In this document: positions 9,265 through 18,165 of the stretch, piece by piece | Position numbering within the stretch: position 1 is the first letter of the stretch | Layout: each line of letters opens with the position of its first letter | NCBI GenBank assembly: GCA_040755975.1 | Contig: JBFLZY010000007.1 | Location: 3,041-67,040 of the forward strand | DNA: 64,000 nt | From: Bacillota bacterium | Lineage (GTDB): Bacteria > Bacillota > Desulfotomaculia > Desulfotomaculales > Nap2-2B | Direction of reading: 5' to 3' | Notes under the pieces: generated by a model | Seen by the model: only the letters and a program-made list of their open reading frames with translations | Database searches by the model: none | What the model was told of the DNA's origin: nothing | Translations under genes and position numbers: made by a program

Positions 9265-9475
9265 GGAAGGCACAAAGGCACAGAGGGACTAAGGCACAGA
9301 GGCAAAAAAGAACTGGATAGACGGGAAGAACGGGGAAATATCTGGACCTTTGTGCCTGGCAAACGAGGTTATGTCAAAACCCCGTCCCTGCGACACTCAC
9401 TTTGTGCCTTTGTGCCTGCTGCCTTTATGCCTGCTCTTGGCGGTCGTCGGTCGTCAGATGTCGGTCGTCGGAAGG
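9265..9475. repeat. Repeat-rich structured spacer: nested inverted GGCACA(A/G)AGG repeats plus a CGGTCGT tandem
   Basis: AAGGCACAAAGGCACA (9267-9282) is complementary to TTTGTGCCTTTGTGCCT (9401-9417). AGGCACAGAGG (9292-9302) is complementary to CCTTTGTGCCT (9347-9357). CGGTCGTCGGTCGTCAGATGTCGGTCGTCGG lies at about 9440-9470. Confidence 0.6.
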
Positions 9476-9509
9476 TAATGTATATTTTCTGGAGGAGGTT
9501 TTCAAAACA

Positions 9510-10211
9510 GTGAAATTTATCATTGATCCCATGGTTTTTGACGTTTTGCCTACCGTTTGCTTTGGTGTGGTGGTGGCGAAAGGGGTCGACAACCACGGGA
9601 AAACGGAGGAAATTAATGCTTTGCTCCGCGAGGCCGTGGCGGGAGTGCGGGAGAAATATGCGGGAGTGAACCTGAAGGAGCATCCTGCCTTCGCCTGTTA
9701 CCGGGAAGCTTTTAAAAAGCTGGGGTTCAACCCCAATAAGTTTTTAAGCTCGGTAGAGGCCCTGGTTTCCCGGGTCGTCAAAGGAGGAGAACTGCCGGAA
9801 ATCAACGATGTGGTGAACCTGGCCAATGCGGTGTCGCTGAAGTATACCCTGCCCATGGGCGCTCACGACCTCGATTCTATGGCGGGAGACATCATGGTTC
9901 GTTTTTCGAAGGAGGGAGAGCAGTTTATCCCCTTTGGCCGGACCGAACCCGAAACCGTCCCGGCGGGCGAACTGGTCTACGCCGACGAAATGCAAATCAG
10001 GACCCGGCGCTGGATTTGGAGACAGAATGAGCGGGGAAAGGTTACTGCGGAATCAAAGAATATTTTCTTTCCCATCGACGGTTTCTCCGATTGCAACCTG
10101 GATTCTGTTTTGCGGGCCCAAAAAGAACTGGCCGGTTATCTGGAAAGGTTCTGGGGGGTTCGGCCGGAACAGTTTTTCCTGGATAAAAGCAATTATTGTG
10201 CAGAATGGTAG
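9510..10211 (+). CDS. B3/B4 tRNA-binding domain protein (PheT B3/4-like)
   Basis: Track ORF 9402..10211. The likely start is GTG at 9510 (VKFIIDPMVFDVLPTVCFGVVVAKGVDNHG), downstream of GGAGGAGG. Confidence 0.65.
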   Translation: MKFIIDPMVFDVLPTVCFGVVVAKGVDNHGKTEEINALLREAVAGVREKYAGVNLKEHPAFACYREAFKKLGFNPNKFLSSVEALVSRVVKGGELPEINDVVNLANAVSLKYTLPMGAHDLDSMAGDIMVRFSKEGEQFIPFGRTEPETVPAGELVYADEMQIRTRRWIWRQNERGKVTAESKNIFFPIDGFSDCNLDSVLRAQKELAGYLERFWGVRPEQFFLDKSNYCAEW

Positions 10212-10520
10212 GGGGACCTCCGTCGGTTCGCTGACCTCACCCCCACCAGATTCGAAGTTAGATGTTCGAGATTCGAGGTTCAAAGCTTGTGGAAATTGGC
10301 TTCGCCAATTTCTTTTCTTCGAATTTCAAACGCCCAGTCACCATGAACGGTCTCTTCCTTACGGCTTTCGAACTTTCCTTCGTTTTTTCCGGACCCGGAA
10401 AAGAAAATTCGCGCTAAAGAAGAAGAGCAGGGAACCAATGGCTGCTTTTTTTCGTCTATCTTTTTAGAGGGTAAAAAGTTTTCTCCCTGATTTTTATTTT
10501 TCCGGTGAGGTGTTGGGAGG

Positions 10521-13145
10521 TTGGTCCTGGTCAGGAAAAAAGCTTTTTTATGGGTCCTTGTTTTGATTTTCAGTGTATTGGCTTTTCCTTGCGGAGTTTT
10601 TGCGGCGCCGGAAGGAGCGGATTCCCCGGTGCAAATTACCGCCGAAATCGGCTGGGACGGGCAGGGGGTGCCGGGGCGGACCGCGCCGGCGGTGATCCAC
10701 TTGAAAAATACTACCGCGGAAGATTTGCGGGGGGTGGTGGAGGTGGTCAATTACTTTCGCTATGTTCCGCCCCCGCCGCCCGGAACGGTTCAGCCGGGTA
10801 CGGTTTCTTCCAGCCCGGCCCGGTATTACCCGGTGTCTTCCTTTGGGGAGCAGGTATCCCTGCCCGCCGGGGGAGAAAAAAAGGTGACCATTTGGTTTCC
10901 GCTGCAGGGGACGACCGATCACTTGATTGTCCGCTTTCGCACAGGAGAAAAGACGCTGGCCGGCGTGGAAGCAAAGCTGGCCATGACCAGTGCCGGGGTC
11001 AGCGGACCCCTGCCCATGGCGGTGGGTGTTTTCGGAGAGATCCCGCCGGCTCTGGAAAAGGTGCGGATCACCATGCCCGACGGAGTTCCCCGGGCGCCGC
11101 TCGTTTTGAAATTAACTCCGGAGCTTTTGCCGCCGTCGGGAGATCAGTTGGACGCTTTCGGCCTTATTCTGGTCACCGGCGAAGCCGCCCGCAATTTAAC
11201 GGCGGAGCAGCGCCGGGCGCTTTTGGACTGGGCCGAAGCGGGCGGGCATTTGCTGCTGGCGGGCGGGACGGGGGTAAATGACGCGCTCTCGATTTTGCCG
11301 GCGGGCACGGCGAAAATCGTCAGCCAGGGAATTGCCGGCAACGGCGACTGGCGGGCGATGGCCGGCTGGTTGGGTCAGGCGCCTCCGGCGGGAGCCGCGC
11401 CGATAGCCCGGCTGCAGGGCGGAGACCCCTTCGGACCGGAAGAAAACCCCCTGGGCCGGCAGGTTACAACCGGGGGCGGAAAAGTGACGGTGTTTGCTTT
11501 CGATCCCACCCGCCCTCCGTGGGACGCCGGCGAAGCGGGTTGGGCGCTTTGGGAAAGGCTGCTGCAGCCGGGAGAGCCGGGTTCTTATAAGTATAACATG
11601 GCGTACCGGGACCCCCTTTTGCCGTTTTACAGGCTGATGAACACGGTGAACAGCCTCCCTGCCGGCGCCTTCCCCGGCTGGGGAGCGGTGGGGCTTTTCC
11701 TCGGTATTTTTGTGCTGCTGGCCGTGCCGCTCACATACTGGATTTTTAAAAAGCGGCAGCACCCCGAATACACCTGGGTGGCGGTTCCCGCCCTGGCCCT
11801 GGCGTTCTCCGGCCTCGCTTACTTTTATATGCTCCAGGCGGGGAAAAACGTCGTCGTCAACGTGGTCCAGGCTGTGGAGGAGACGGAAAAGGGGACTGCC
11901 GGGGAAAAACCGTTGCTTACGGCAGTGGGCTTTTTTGCTCCGACCAGGCCGGTTTTTCACGCCGTGCTGGCCGACCCCGGCCTTCCCGTGCGGGTTCAGT
12001 TTTCCGGGGAACGTCCGCCGGAACTGCGCAAGCCCGACGAGGAACCTCCCTATTCAGTTGTCAAGGGTTCGGATTTAACGGTTACCTTCCGGGAAATGTC
12101 CCAGTACGGGATGCGCCAGTTAAGCTTTCGCCAGGACGCCGGGGAGGCTTTGGCCGGCCTGCGGGCCGACCTTAGAATCGAAGGCGGCCGGTTGGCCGGA
12201 AAAGTGCGCAACGATACCGCCCTTTATCTGGATCACGTGACCCTGCTCCTGGGCGACGACTACCGGGGCCTGGGCGACCTGGCCCCCGGGGAGGAAAAGG
12301 AAGTGGCCATGGAAATTCCGGCGCCGCCGGTCTACAATCCCCAGAACCCTTACGGTCCGCGCTACCTTCCGGCCTGGCCGATCTTTGTGTTCCCGGAGGG
12401 GAAAGAAGCCGCCCTGAAAGCGGCTGTGCGGCCAGGCGTGCCCGCGCCGCGGCCGGATTACGGACCGCCCCCCCGCCGGCTGACCGTCGATGAGCAAAGG
12501 CGGGCAAATCTTTTAGAGCAACTGTTTAACTCCTCCCGCTACGGCGGCCCGGGAATGGAGTTCCAAAGGGGCCGCCCGTTAACCCTGGTGGCTTTCAGCC
12601 GGGACCCCGTCAAAGCGGTAGAGATCAAAGATTTGCGCTCCCGCCCCCATTATTTAAGCATTGTCACGGTCAAGCCGGAACTGTCCCTGTCGCCGGGCAG
12701 CTTTACAATTCCGGCGGGACTGACTCTTCCGGAAATCATCGACGCGCAAATCCGGGGCATTTCCGGGCATAATAACCTGTTCGGCCTGCCGGGGGGAAAC
12801 ATCACCTTCGCCTTTCGTCCCGGCCTGCCACAAGGGGCGCGAGTAAAGGAATTCACAGTCGATCTTCAGTATTTCCCCAGCTCCGCGCCGCCGGGTCTGC
12901 CGAAAGGCGCCGTCGGACCGCCGGCTCCGTCTGCCGCCGACGTGGAATCCGGCGTGCTGGAGATTTACCATCCACCCAGCGGGCAATGGCGGGAACTTTC
13001 CGGGGCCAAAACCTTCCGCCTTTCCGGGGAATACGCGCTGCCCGGCGGGGAAGTGCGCCTGCGGGTGAACGGTTTTGAACCCTCCACGGGGAAAAGCTTC
13101 TATTTCCTGCCGCCGGCGGTGGCCTACCAGGGGGTGCGGGAATGA
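10521..13145 (+). CDS. Large signal-peptide membrane protein, auxiliary component of the ABC/MoxR operon (unknown function)
   Basis: 874 aa. Signal peptide ...LAFPCGVFAAPEG, two central TM helices (about aa 385-440), and a segment LILVTGEAARNLTAEQRRALLDWAEAGGHLLLAGG reminiscent of GldG/DUF4350-type ABC auxiliary domains. The stop overlaps the ABC ATPase start (ATGA). Confidence 0.7.
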   Translation: MVLVRKKAFLWVLVLIFSVLAFPCGVFAAPEGADSPVQITAEIGWDGQGVPGRTAPAVIHLKNTTAEDLRGVVEVVNYFRYVPPPPPGTVQPGTVSSSPARYYPVSSFGEQVSLPAGGEKKVTIWFPLQGTTDHLIVRFRTGEKTLAGVEAKLAMTSAGVSGPLPMAVGVFGEIPPALEKVRITMPDGVPRAPLVLKLTPELLPPSGDQLDAFGLILVTGEAARNLTAEQRRALLDWAEAGGHLLLAGGTGVNDALSILPAGTAKIVSQGIAGNGDWRAMAGWLGQAPPAGAAPIARLQGGDPFGPEENPLGRQVTTGGGKVTVFAFDPTRPPWDAGEAGWALWERLLQPGEPGSYKYNMAYRDPLLPFYRLMNTVNSLPAGAFPGWGAVGLFLGIFVLLAVPLTYWIFKKRQHPEYTWVAVPALALAFSGLAYFYMLQAGKNVVVNVVQAVEETEKGTAGEKPLLTAVGFFAPTRPVFHAVLADPGLPVRVQFSGERPPELRKPDEEPPYSVVKGSDLTVTFREMSQYGMRQLSFRQDAGEALAGLRADLRIEGGRLAGKVRNDTALYLDHVTLLLGDDYRGLGDLAPGEEKEVAMEIPAPPVYNPQNPYGPRYLPAWPIFVFPEGKEAALKAAVRPGVPAPRPDYGPPPRRLTVDEQRRANLLEQLFNSSRYGGPGMEFQRGRPLTLVAFSRDPVKAVEIKDLRSRPHYLSIVTVKPELSLSPGSFTIPAGLTLPEIIDAQIRGISGHNNLFGLPGGNITFAFRPGLPQGARVKEFTVDLQYFPSSAPPGLPKGAVGPPAPSAADVESGVLEIYHPPSGQWRELSGAKTFRLSGEYALPGGEVRLRVNGFEPSTGKSFYFLPPAVAYQGVRE

Positions 13146-14071
13146 TTAAAGTACGTTCCTTGAAGAAAACTTACGGCCGCGTGCAGGCCCTTAAGGGGCT
13201 GGACATGGACGTACCGGCCGGCGCCGTTTACGGATTTATCGGCCAGAACGGGGCGGGGAAGACCACTACCCTGCGCATCCTGGCCGGACTGCTCGTCCCC
13301 GACGGGGGCACCGCGGAAGTGGCCGGGCTGGAGATCGGCAGGCACCCCCGCGCCTTGCGGGAGGTGGTGGGCTACATGCCCGATTTTTTCGGCGTCTACG
13401 ACGATTTAAGGGTCGGGGAGTACCTCCTTTTTTACGCCGCCGCGTACGGGATCAGGGGGCCGCGGGCCTTTAAACTGCGCGACGATCTGCTGGAACTGGT
13501 GGAGCTGGGGGAGAAGCGGGAAGCCTTTGTGGATACCCTCTCCCGCGGCATGCAGCAGCGGCTCTGCCTGGCCCGGGCTTTAATCCACGATCCCCGGGTG
13601 CTCCTTTTGGATGAGCCGGCCAGCGGCCTGGACCCCCTGGCGCGGGTGGAAATGCGGGAAATTTTAAAGGAACTGAGCAAACTGGGCAAAACGATTTTAA
13701 TCAGCAGCCATATCTTGTCGGAACTGGCCGACCTGTGCACGCACATCGGCATGATCACCGAAGGGCGGCTGGTGCGCCAGGGACCGCTCGCCGAATTGCT
13801 CAACGGCACCCCGGTGCAGACCATCATTTTGCGCTGCCACGGCCCGGCGGAGGCGGCCGAAAAGCTGGTGGCGGGCTGGCCGGGGGTGGAGGTGCTCCGT
13901 TCCCTGTCCGGGCAGATTGAATTCCGCCTGGCGGGAGGATCGGCGCAGGCGGCGGAGTTGTTAAAGGAACTGGTTCTCCGGGGCGTTCCGGTAACCCATT
14001 TTGCGCAGGAAGAACAAAGTCTGGAAGATACCTTCGTTCAGCTTGCCAGGGAGGGTGGCTTGGATGACTGA
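13142..14071 (+). CDS. ABC transporter ATP-binding protein (ABC-2 / drug-exporter type)
   Basis: Walker A GQNGAGKTT, signature LSRGMQQRL, Walker B LLLLDEPASGLD. Confidence 0.92.
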   Translation: MIKVRSLKKTYGRVQALKGLDMDVPAGAVYGFIGQNGAGKTTTLRILAGLLVPDGGTAEVAGLEIGRHPRALREVVGYMPDFFGVYDDLRVGEYLLFYAAAYGIRGPRAFKLRDDLLELVELGEKREAFVDTLSRGMQQRLCLARALIHDPRVLLLDEPASGLDPLARVEMREILKELSKLGKTILISSHILSELADLCTHIGMITEGRLVRQGPLAELLNGTPVQTIILRCHGPAEAAEKLVAGWPGVEVLRSLSGQIEFRLAGGSAQAAELLKELVLRGVPVTHFAQEEQSLEDTFVQLAREGGLDD

Positions 14072-15206
14072 AGAAGTTCGGGAGGAACAGAAAGGACAGG
14101 AACAGGAAAAAGAGGCCGCGGGGCAAAGAAAGGAAGGCGGGGCGAAACAAAGGCCGCAGGAGAAAAGGTTCTTTCTCCGGGACTGCTGGGAAGGCTTACG
14201 GTGCGGCCTGGCCCCGATGCTGGGCAAGGAAATGCGGGGGCGGACCCGGGGCTGGCGCTCACCTGTTCTGTTGTCCGTTTACCTGGGGGTGCTGGGTACC
14301 TTCGTGCTGTTGTTTCTCTGGCTGAACCTGGAGCGCTTGAGCATGATCCGGCCGCAGGTGGGATTATCCCTGTATTCCCTTTTTATTTTCAGTTTAATCA
14401 TGCTGATCTCTTTTATCGCCCCGGCCGTCGCCGCCGGCGCCATCAGCGGGGAAAGGGAAAGACGGACGTACGATTTGCTGCTGGTCACCAAGGCTTCTAT
14501 CCCGGGCATCGTGCTGGGGAAATGGCTGGCTTCCGTGGTTTACTTAATGTTTCTGGCGGTGGCCGCCCTGCCCGTTTTTGCCGTGGTTTTTCTTTACGGC
14601 GGGGTCCCGCCGGCCATTTTGGGTCTGGCCTTTGTGGTCTGCCTGGCCGCGGGCCTGGGCTACGGCGCCATGGGCCTGGCCCTGTCCGCGCTGACCCAGC
14701 GCAGCCAGGCGGCAATGATCATTTCGCTGGTTCTCGTCTTTTTCTTCATCTTCGGGATCCCGGTAATTACCGGTATTATCATGGCTAGCAATCCGCCCGG
14801 GCCGTCGCCCCAACCTCTCGGGCAGCCCGGCGCGGCGATTGCCGGCCCTCCCTGGTACGTTTTTTTAAGCCCGCTCACCGCTTTTACATCCGTCTTGCCC
14901 GGCACGGGCGAGTATGACCGGAACTGGGGCATCCCCCTGATTTCGGAGCTGATGAATATGCTTTTGAACCGGATGGTGCAGCCGGAAATGGTGGCCTACG
15001 CTTATAAAATGGGTTACACCACTGGTTATGTATTTCCCGGCTACCCCGGCGGGGTCGCAGCAAAGCCGGCGGGGCTGGCCGCCTGGGCGCCGTGGGCGCG
15101 TTTCACCCTTTACCAGGGGATTCTGATCCCGGTTTGCCTGGCCGCGGCCATCCTGGCCGTCGCCCCGCGCAAACCCTGGCCGTTCCACCGGGCGGGGAAA
15201 AAATAA
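14064..15206 (+). CDS. ABC-2 type transporter permease
   Basis: Track ORF 14001..15206. The likely start is ATG at 14064, overlapping the ATPase stop by 8 nt. A charged N-terminus is followed by about 6 hydrophobic helices. Confidence 0.75.
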   Translation: MTEEVREEQKGQEQEKEAAGQRKEGGAKQRPQEKRFFLRDCWEGLRCGLAPMLGKEMRGRTRGWRSPVLLSVYLGVLGTFVLLFLWLNLERLSMIRPQVGLSLYSLFIFSLIMLISFIAPAVAAGAISGERERRTYDLLLVTKASIPGIVLGKWLASVVYLMFLAVAALPVFAVVFLYGGVPPAILGLAFVVCLAAGLGYGAMGLALSALTQRSQAAMIISLVLVFFFIFGIPVITGIIMASNPPGPSPQPLGQPGAAIAGPPWYVFLSPLTAFTSVLPGTGEYDRNWGIPLISELMNMLLNRMVQPEMVAYAYKMGYTTGYVFPGYPGGVAAKPAGLAAWAPWARFTLYQGILIPVCLAAAILAVAPRKPWPFHRAGKK

Positions 15207-15246
15207 TTAACCACGGAGAGCACAGAAAGAGGACACAGAGGAGGGA
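15206..15246 (+). repeat. CACAGAG-type dispersed intergenic repeat, copy c
   Basis: ATTAACCACGGAGAGCACAGAAAGAGGACACAGAGGAGG sits immediately after the permease stop. Its 3' end supplies the RBS of the next gene. Confidence 0.5.
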
Positions 15247-17033
15247 TGGATATGCTTCGCAGGAAGCGGCATGACTGGCCCGACCGCAGGCTGGGGGAGG
15301 CGCTGGCGCCCCTGGCGGCGCGGGTGCGGGGGCGCTACTGGTTCGAAACCGGACGCCTGATGATCACCTGGGGCCTGGCCGTTGCCGCCGGCGTCCTGGT
15401 TCTGCTCAGGCTGACCCCGCTTTACTCTTGCCTGTTCCTGGCCGGAATAGGCGGGGCGGCTGCCGCGGTGGTTGTTTTTGTTTGGCGAAGTCTGTCCATC
15501 CCTGACGCCTTGAAAGTAGTGCAAATCGCCGACGAGCTGGGTTTAAACGGCGAGGCGGTTACGGCGTACCGCCTTCTGGAAAAGAAAAGGCAGGATTCCT
15601 GGAGCAAGTTTGCCGTTGAGAAGGGGGTTAGCGCTTGCCGGAACCTGCCGGGCGAAAGGTTGGATCCGCTTTTCCCCTCCTGGCGCCCCTGGCGGGGGAT
15701 TGTTTTCCTGACCGGGATTCTGGTGGTCACGATCCTGCTGCCCGCTCCGCTGGCCCCTTACTGGGAGGCCCGGCGGGCGGAAAAGGAAGCCTTGGCCGCG
15801 GCCGCCCGCCGGGCCGGAGAAGTGGTTGCCCAACTCCAGCAGATGCCGCCGGAACAAAAAGAATTTCTTCCGGAAAAATTAAGCGAAGAACTTGATGCCC
15901 TTCCCCGGACCGTCGGCGGAGCCAGGGACCGCCGGGAGGCCGCCCGGAACTTAGAGCGGGCGGGCCAGGAAATTGAAGATGTACTGGCCTTTTTAGAGCC
16001 GGCAGAAAGGAGTTTCCGGCAACTGGCCGGCGCCTGGAAAAACAGCCGGGAACCTCTCTTCGAGGAACTGGCCGCCGCCCTGGAAAAAGGCGATGAGCAG
16101 GAAATCGCCCGGCTGGCCGGGAAGTTGACAGAGCTGGCCAATTCTTCGGAAGCCGCGAAAAACAGGCTGGCTTTGGAAATGTTCCAGGCCGGCGAGGGCG
16201 TTGGCGACCCGGTCTGGCGGGAGAACCTGCGCAAGCTGGCCAGATCGCTCTTATCTTCCGGCGGAAACGAAGAAGCAGGGGGGAGCGGGGAAAGGGGAAG
16301 CGAATCCCTGGCCCGGGATCTGGCCGGCCTGGCGCGGCAGGCCGGAGCCGCCGGACGGCTGACGCAGGCTTCCGCGGCCATGTTTAATCTGGCCGGCGGA
16401 AATAATGCGGCGGCCATCGCCCGGGCCGGAAGCGGAACGGGTGCCCAACCGACAACAAACGCCGGCGGAACGGGAGGATCCGGAGGAGCTGCGGGCGGGT
16501 CCTCCGGCGCGGGTTCGGCGGCGGGTTCTGCCCCGGGTACCGGTTCAGGTTCGGCCGGGAGCAGCGGGGCAGGGGGCTCCGCCGGAGCAGGCGGCGCTTC
16601 GTCGGACGCCGGAGCCGGCGAGGGTACCGGCGGGCGTGCCGGCAATTCCGGGGGAACCAAAGGCGGCTCCGGCAACGGGCCAGGTTCCGGCTCCGGAAAT
16701 GAAGGCAGCGGCGGCGGAGCGGGCACGGGCGCCGGCGGGCCGGGCGCCGGCGGGCAGGGCGCGGGAACTGCCGGCGGCGGCTACGATCGGATTTACGCCC
16801 CGCATTTGCTGGGTGGTTCGGGACAGGAAACCCGGGTCGGCGGTCAGATCCGGCCGGGTCAGGCCGGGACCGAAACCGACTTGCCAGATTCTCCGGTCGA
16901 ACTGGGAGCGGTTCGTCCTTACCGGGAGGTCCTGCCTCTTTATAAGGAAGAAGCAATCAACTCCCTTTCTTCCGCTCCTTTGCCGCCCGACCTGGAATCG
17001 CTGGTGTGGCAATACTTTACCTCATTGGAATAG
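15246..17033 (+). CDS. Membrane protein with coiled-coil and a long Gly/Ser/Ala low-complexity region (unknown function)
   Basis: 595 aa. There are 3 predicted TM helices in the first 180 aa, then an Ala/Glu/Arg-rich helical region, then about 130 aa of G/S/A repeats (nt ~16400-16800), then a conserved-looking C-terminus ...LPLYKEEAINSLSSAPLPPDLESLVWQYFTSLE. ATG at 15252 has the better RBS spacing. Confidence 0.7.
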   Translation: MDMLRRKRHDWPDRRLGEALAPLAARVRGRYWFETGRLMITWGLAVAAGVLVLLRLTPLYSCLFLAGIGGAAAAVVVFVWRSLSIPDALKVVQIADELGLNGEAVTAYRLLEKKRQDSWSKFAVEKGVSACRNLPGERLDPLFPSWRPWRGIVFLTGILVVTILLPAPLAPYWEARRAEKEALAAAARRAGEVVAQLQQMPPEQKEFLPEKLSEELDALPRTVGGARDRREAARNLERAGQEIEDVLAFLEPAERSFRQLAGAWKNSREPLFEELAAALEKGDEQEIARLAGKLTELANSSEAAKNRLALEMFQAGEGVGDPVWRENLRKLARSLLSSGGNEEAGGSGERGSESLARDLAGLARQAGAAGRLTQASAAMFNLAGGNNAAAIARAGSGTGAQPTTNAGGTGGSGGAAGGSSGAGSAAGSAPGTGSGSAGSSGAGGSAGAGGASSDAGAGEGTGGRAGNSGGTKGGSGNGPGSGSGNEGSGGGAGTGAGGPGAGGQGAGTAGGGYDRIYAPHLLGGSGQETRVGGQIRPGQAGTETDLPDSPVELGAVRPYREVLPLYKEEAINSLSSAPLPPDLESLVWQYFTSLE

Positions 17034-17072
17034 ACAGGGAATTTTTTCTCCTGAGCAGGAAGGAGTCCGCTT

Positions 17073-18143
17073 ATGCCTGATCACACTGGTTCGGTAGAAA
17101 ATCAGGAAGCCAAGGAAGTCCCGCCAGCCGGGGTCGCCGGGGAAAGCGACGCCCTGGAGGAAGACGTTCCGGGAATCCTGGAAGGGGTTAAAAACCGTTT
17201 AAAAGAAATGGAAAACGCCATCGCCGGGGTGATCGTCGGCCAGGAAGAGGTTGTTCACCAGGTTTTAACCGCCCTGCTGGCCGGCGGGCACGTGCTTCTG
17301 GAAGGAGTGCCCGGCCTGGGCAAAACGGCGCTGGTCCGCACCGTGGCGCGGGTGACGGGGTTGACTTTCCGGCGCATCCAGTTTACTCCCGACTTAATGC
17401 CGGCTGACATTACCGGCACCCAGATTTTTGACGAGAAAGGGGCCGACGGTCCTTTCCGCTTTTCCCCGGGGCCGGTTTTTGCCAACATCGTCCTGGGCGA
17501 CGAGATTAACCGGGCCACGCCCAAAACCCAAAGCGCCCTGCTGGAAGCCATGCAGGAGCGTACGGTGACGTCAGGTGGGTTAACTTATCCTTTGCCGGAG
17601 CCTTTCTTTGTGCTGGCCACCCAGAACCCCCTGGAGATGGAGGGAACTTACCCTTTGCCGGAAGCGCAACTGGACCGTTTCTTGTTTAAGATTAACGTTT
17701 CCTATCCCAGCGCCGGGGAGCTGCTGGCCATCGCCGACCGGACCACCGGCGCCGCCGAGCCCCAGGCGCCCTCCCTGCTGGCGCCGGGGGAGTTGCGCGG
17801 CTGGCTGAAGCTGGTCCGCCGGGTGGTGGTTGTGGAGGACGTCATCGATTACGCGGTTCGCCTGGTGCTGGCCACCCAACCCGACAACCCCCGGGCCCCG
17901 GAAAGGGTCCGGCGTTTTGTACGCTACGGTTCCAGTCCGCGGGGCCTGCAGGCCCTGGTTCTGGGCGCACGGGCCGAAGCTCTCCGGGAAGGGCGCCCGC
18001 AGGCCGGGTACGCCGACGTCCGCCGGGTTGCCCCGGCGGCCCTCCGGCACCGCCTGATTTTAAGTTACGAAGCGGCGGCGGAAGGAATCGGGGCCGACGA
18101 GTTGGTGGCGGAAATCCTGGAAACTGTGCCGGTTCACCAATAA
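17073..18143 (+). CDS. MoxR-family AAA+ ATPase
   Basis: Walker A EGVPGLGKT; Walker B/sensor region IVLGDEINRATPKTQSALLEAMQE; ATQNPLEMEGTYPLPEAQLDRF is typical of MoxR. Confidence 0.92.
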   Translation: MPDHTGSVENQEAKEVPPAGVAGESDALEEDVPGILEGVKNRLKEMENAIAGVIVGQEEVVHQVLTALLAGGHVLLEGVPGLGKTALVRTVARVTGLTFRRIQFTPDLMPADITGTQIFDEKGADGPFRFSPGPVFANIVLGDEINRATPKTQSALLEAMQERTVTSGGLTYPLPEPFFVLATQNPLEMEGTYPLPEAQLDRFLFKINVSYPSAGELLAIADRTTGAAEPQAPSLLAPGELRGWLKLVRRVVVVEDVIDYAVRLVLATQPDNPRAPERVRRFVRYGSSPRGLQALVLGARAEALREGRPQAGYADVRRVAPAALRHRLILSYEAAAEGIGADELVAEILETVPVHQ

Positions 18144-18165
18144 CTTTCAGGGTGGGAAATTTATT

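Noticed and set aside
10385-10402. Palindrome TTTTCCGG-ac-CCGGAAAA in the 300-nt leader of the ABC/MoxR operon, considered as a terminator
   Set aside because: There is no T-run after the stem on either strand. It may be a protein-binding site, but the evidence is too weak to call.
15758-16726. A 322-aa minus-strand ORF and several other long ORFs (16384..16956 minus, 16405..17097 plus, 16545..17012 minus) overlapping the 595-aa gene
   Set aside because: They are Pro/Ala/Arg-rich translations of the opposite strand or off-frames of a GC-rich Gly/Ser/Ala repeat tract. They have no RBS and sit inside a coherent operon gene, so they are artefacts of low-complexity DNA.
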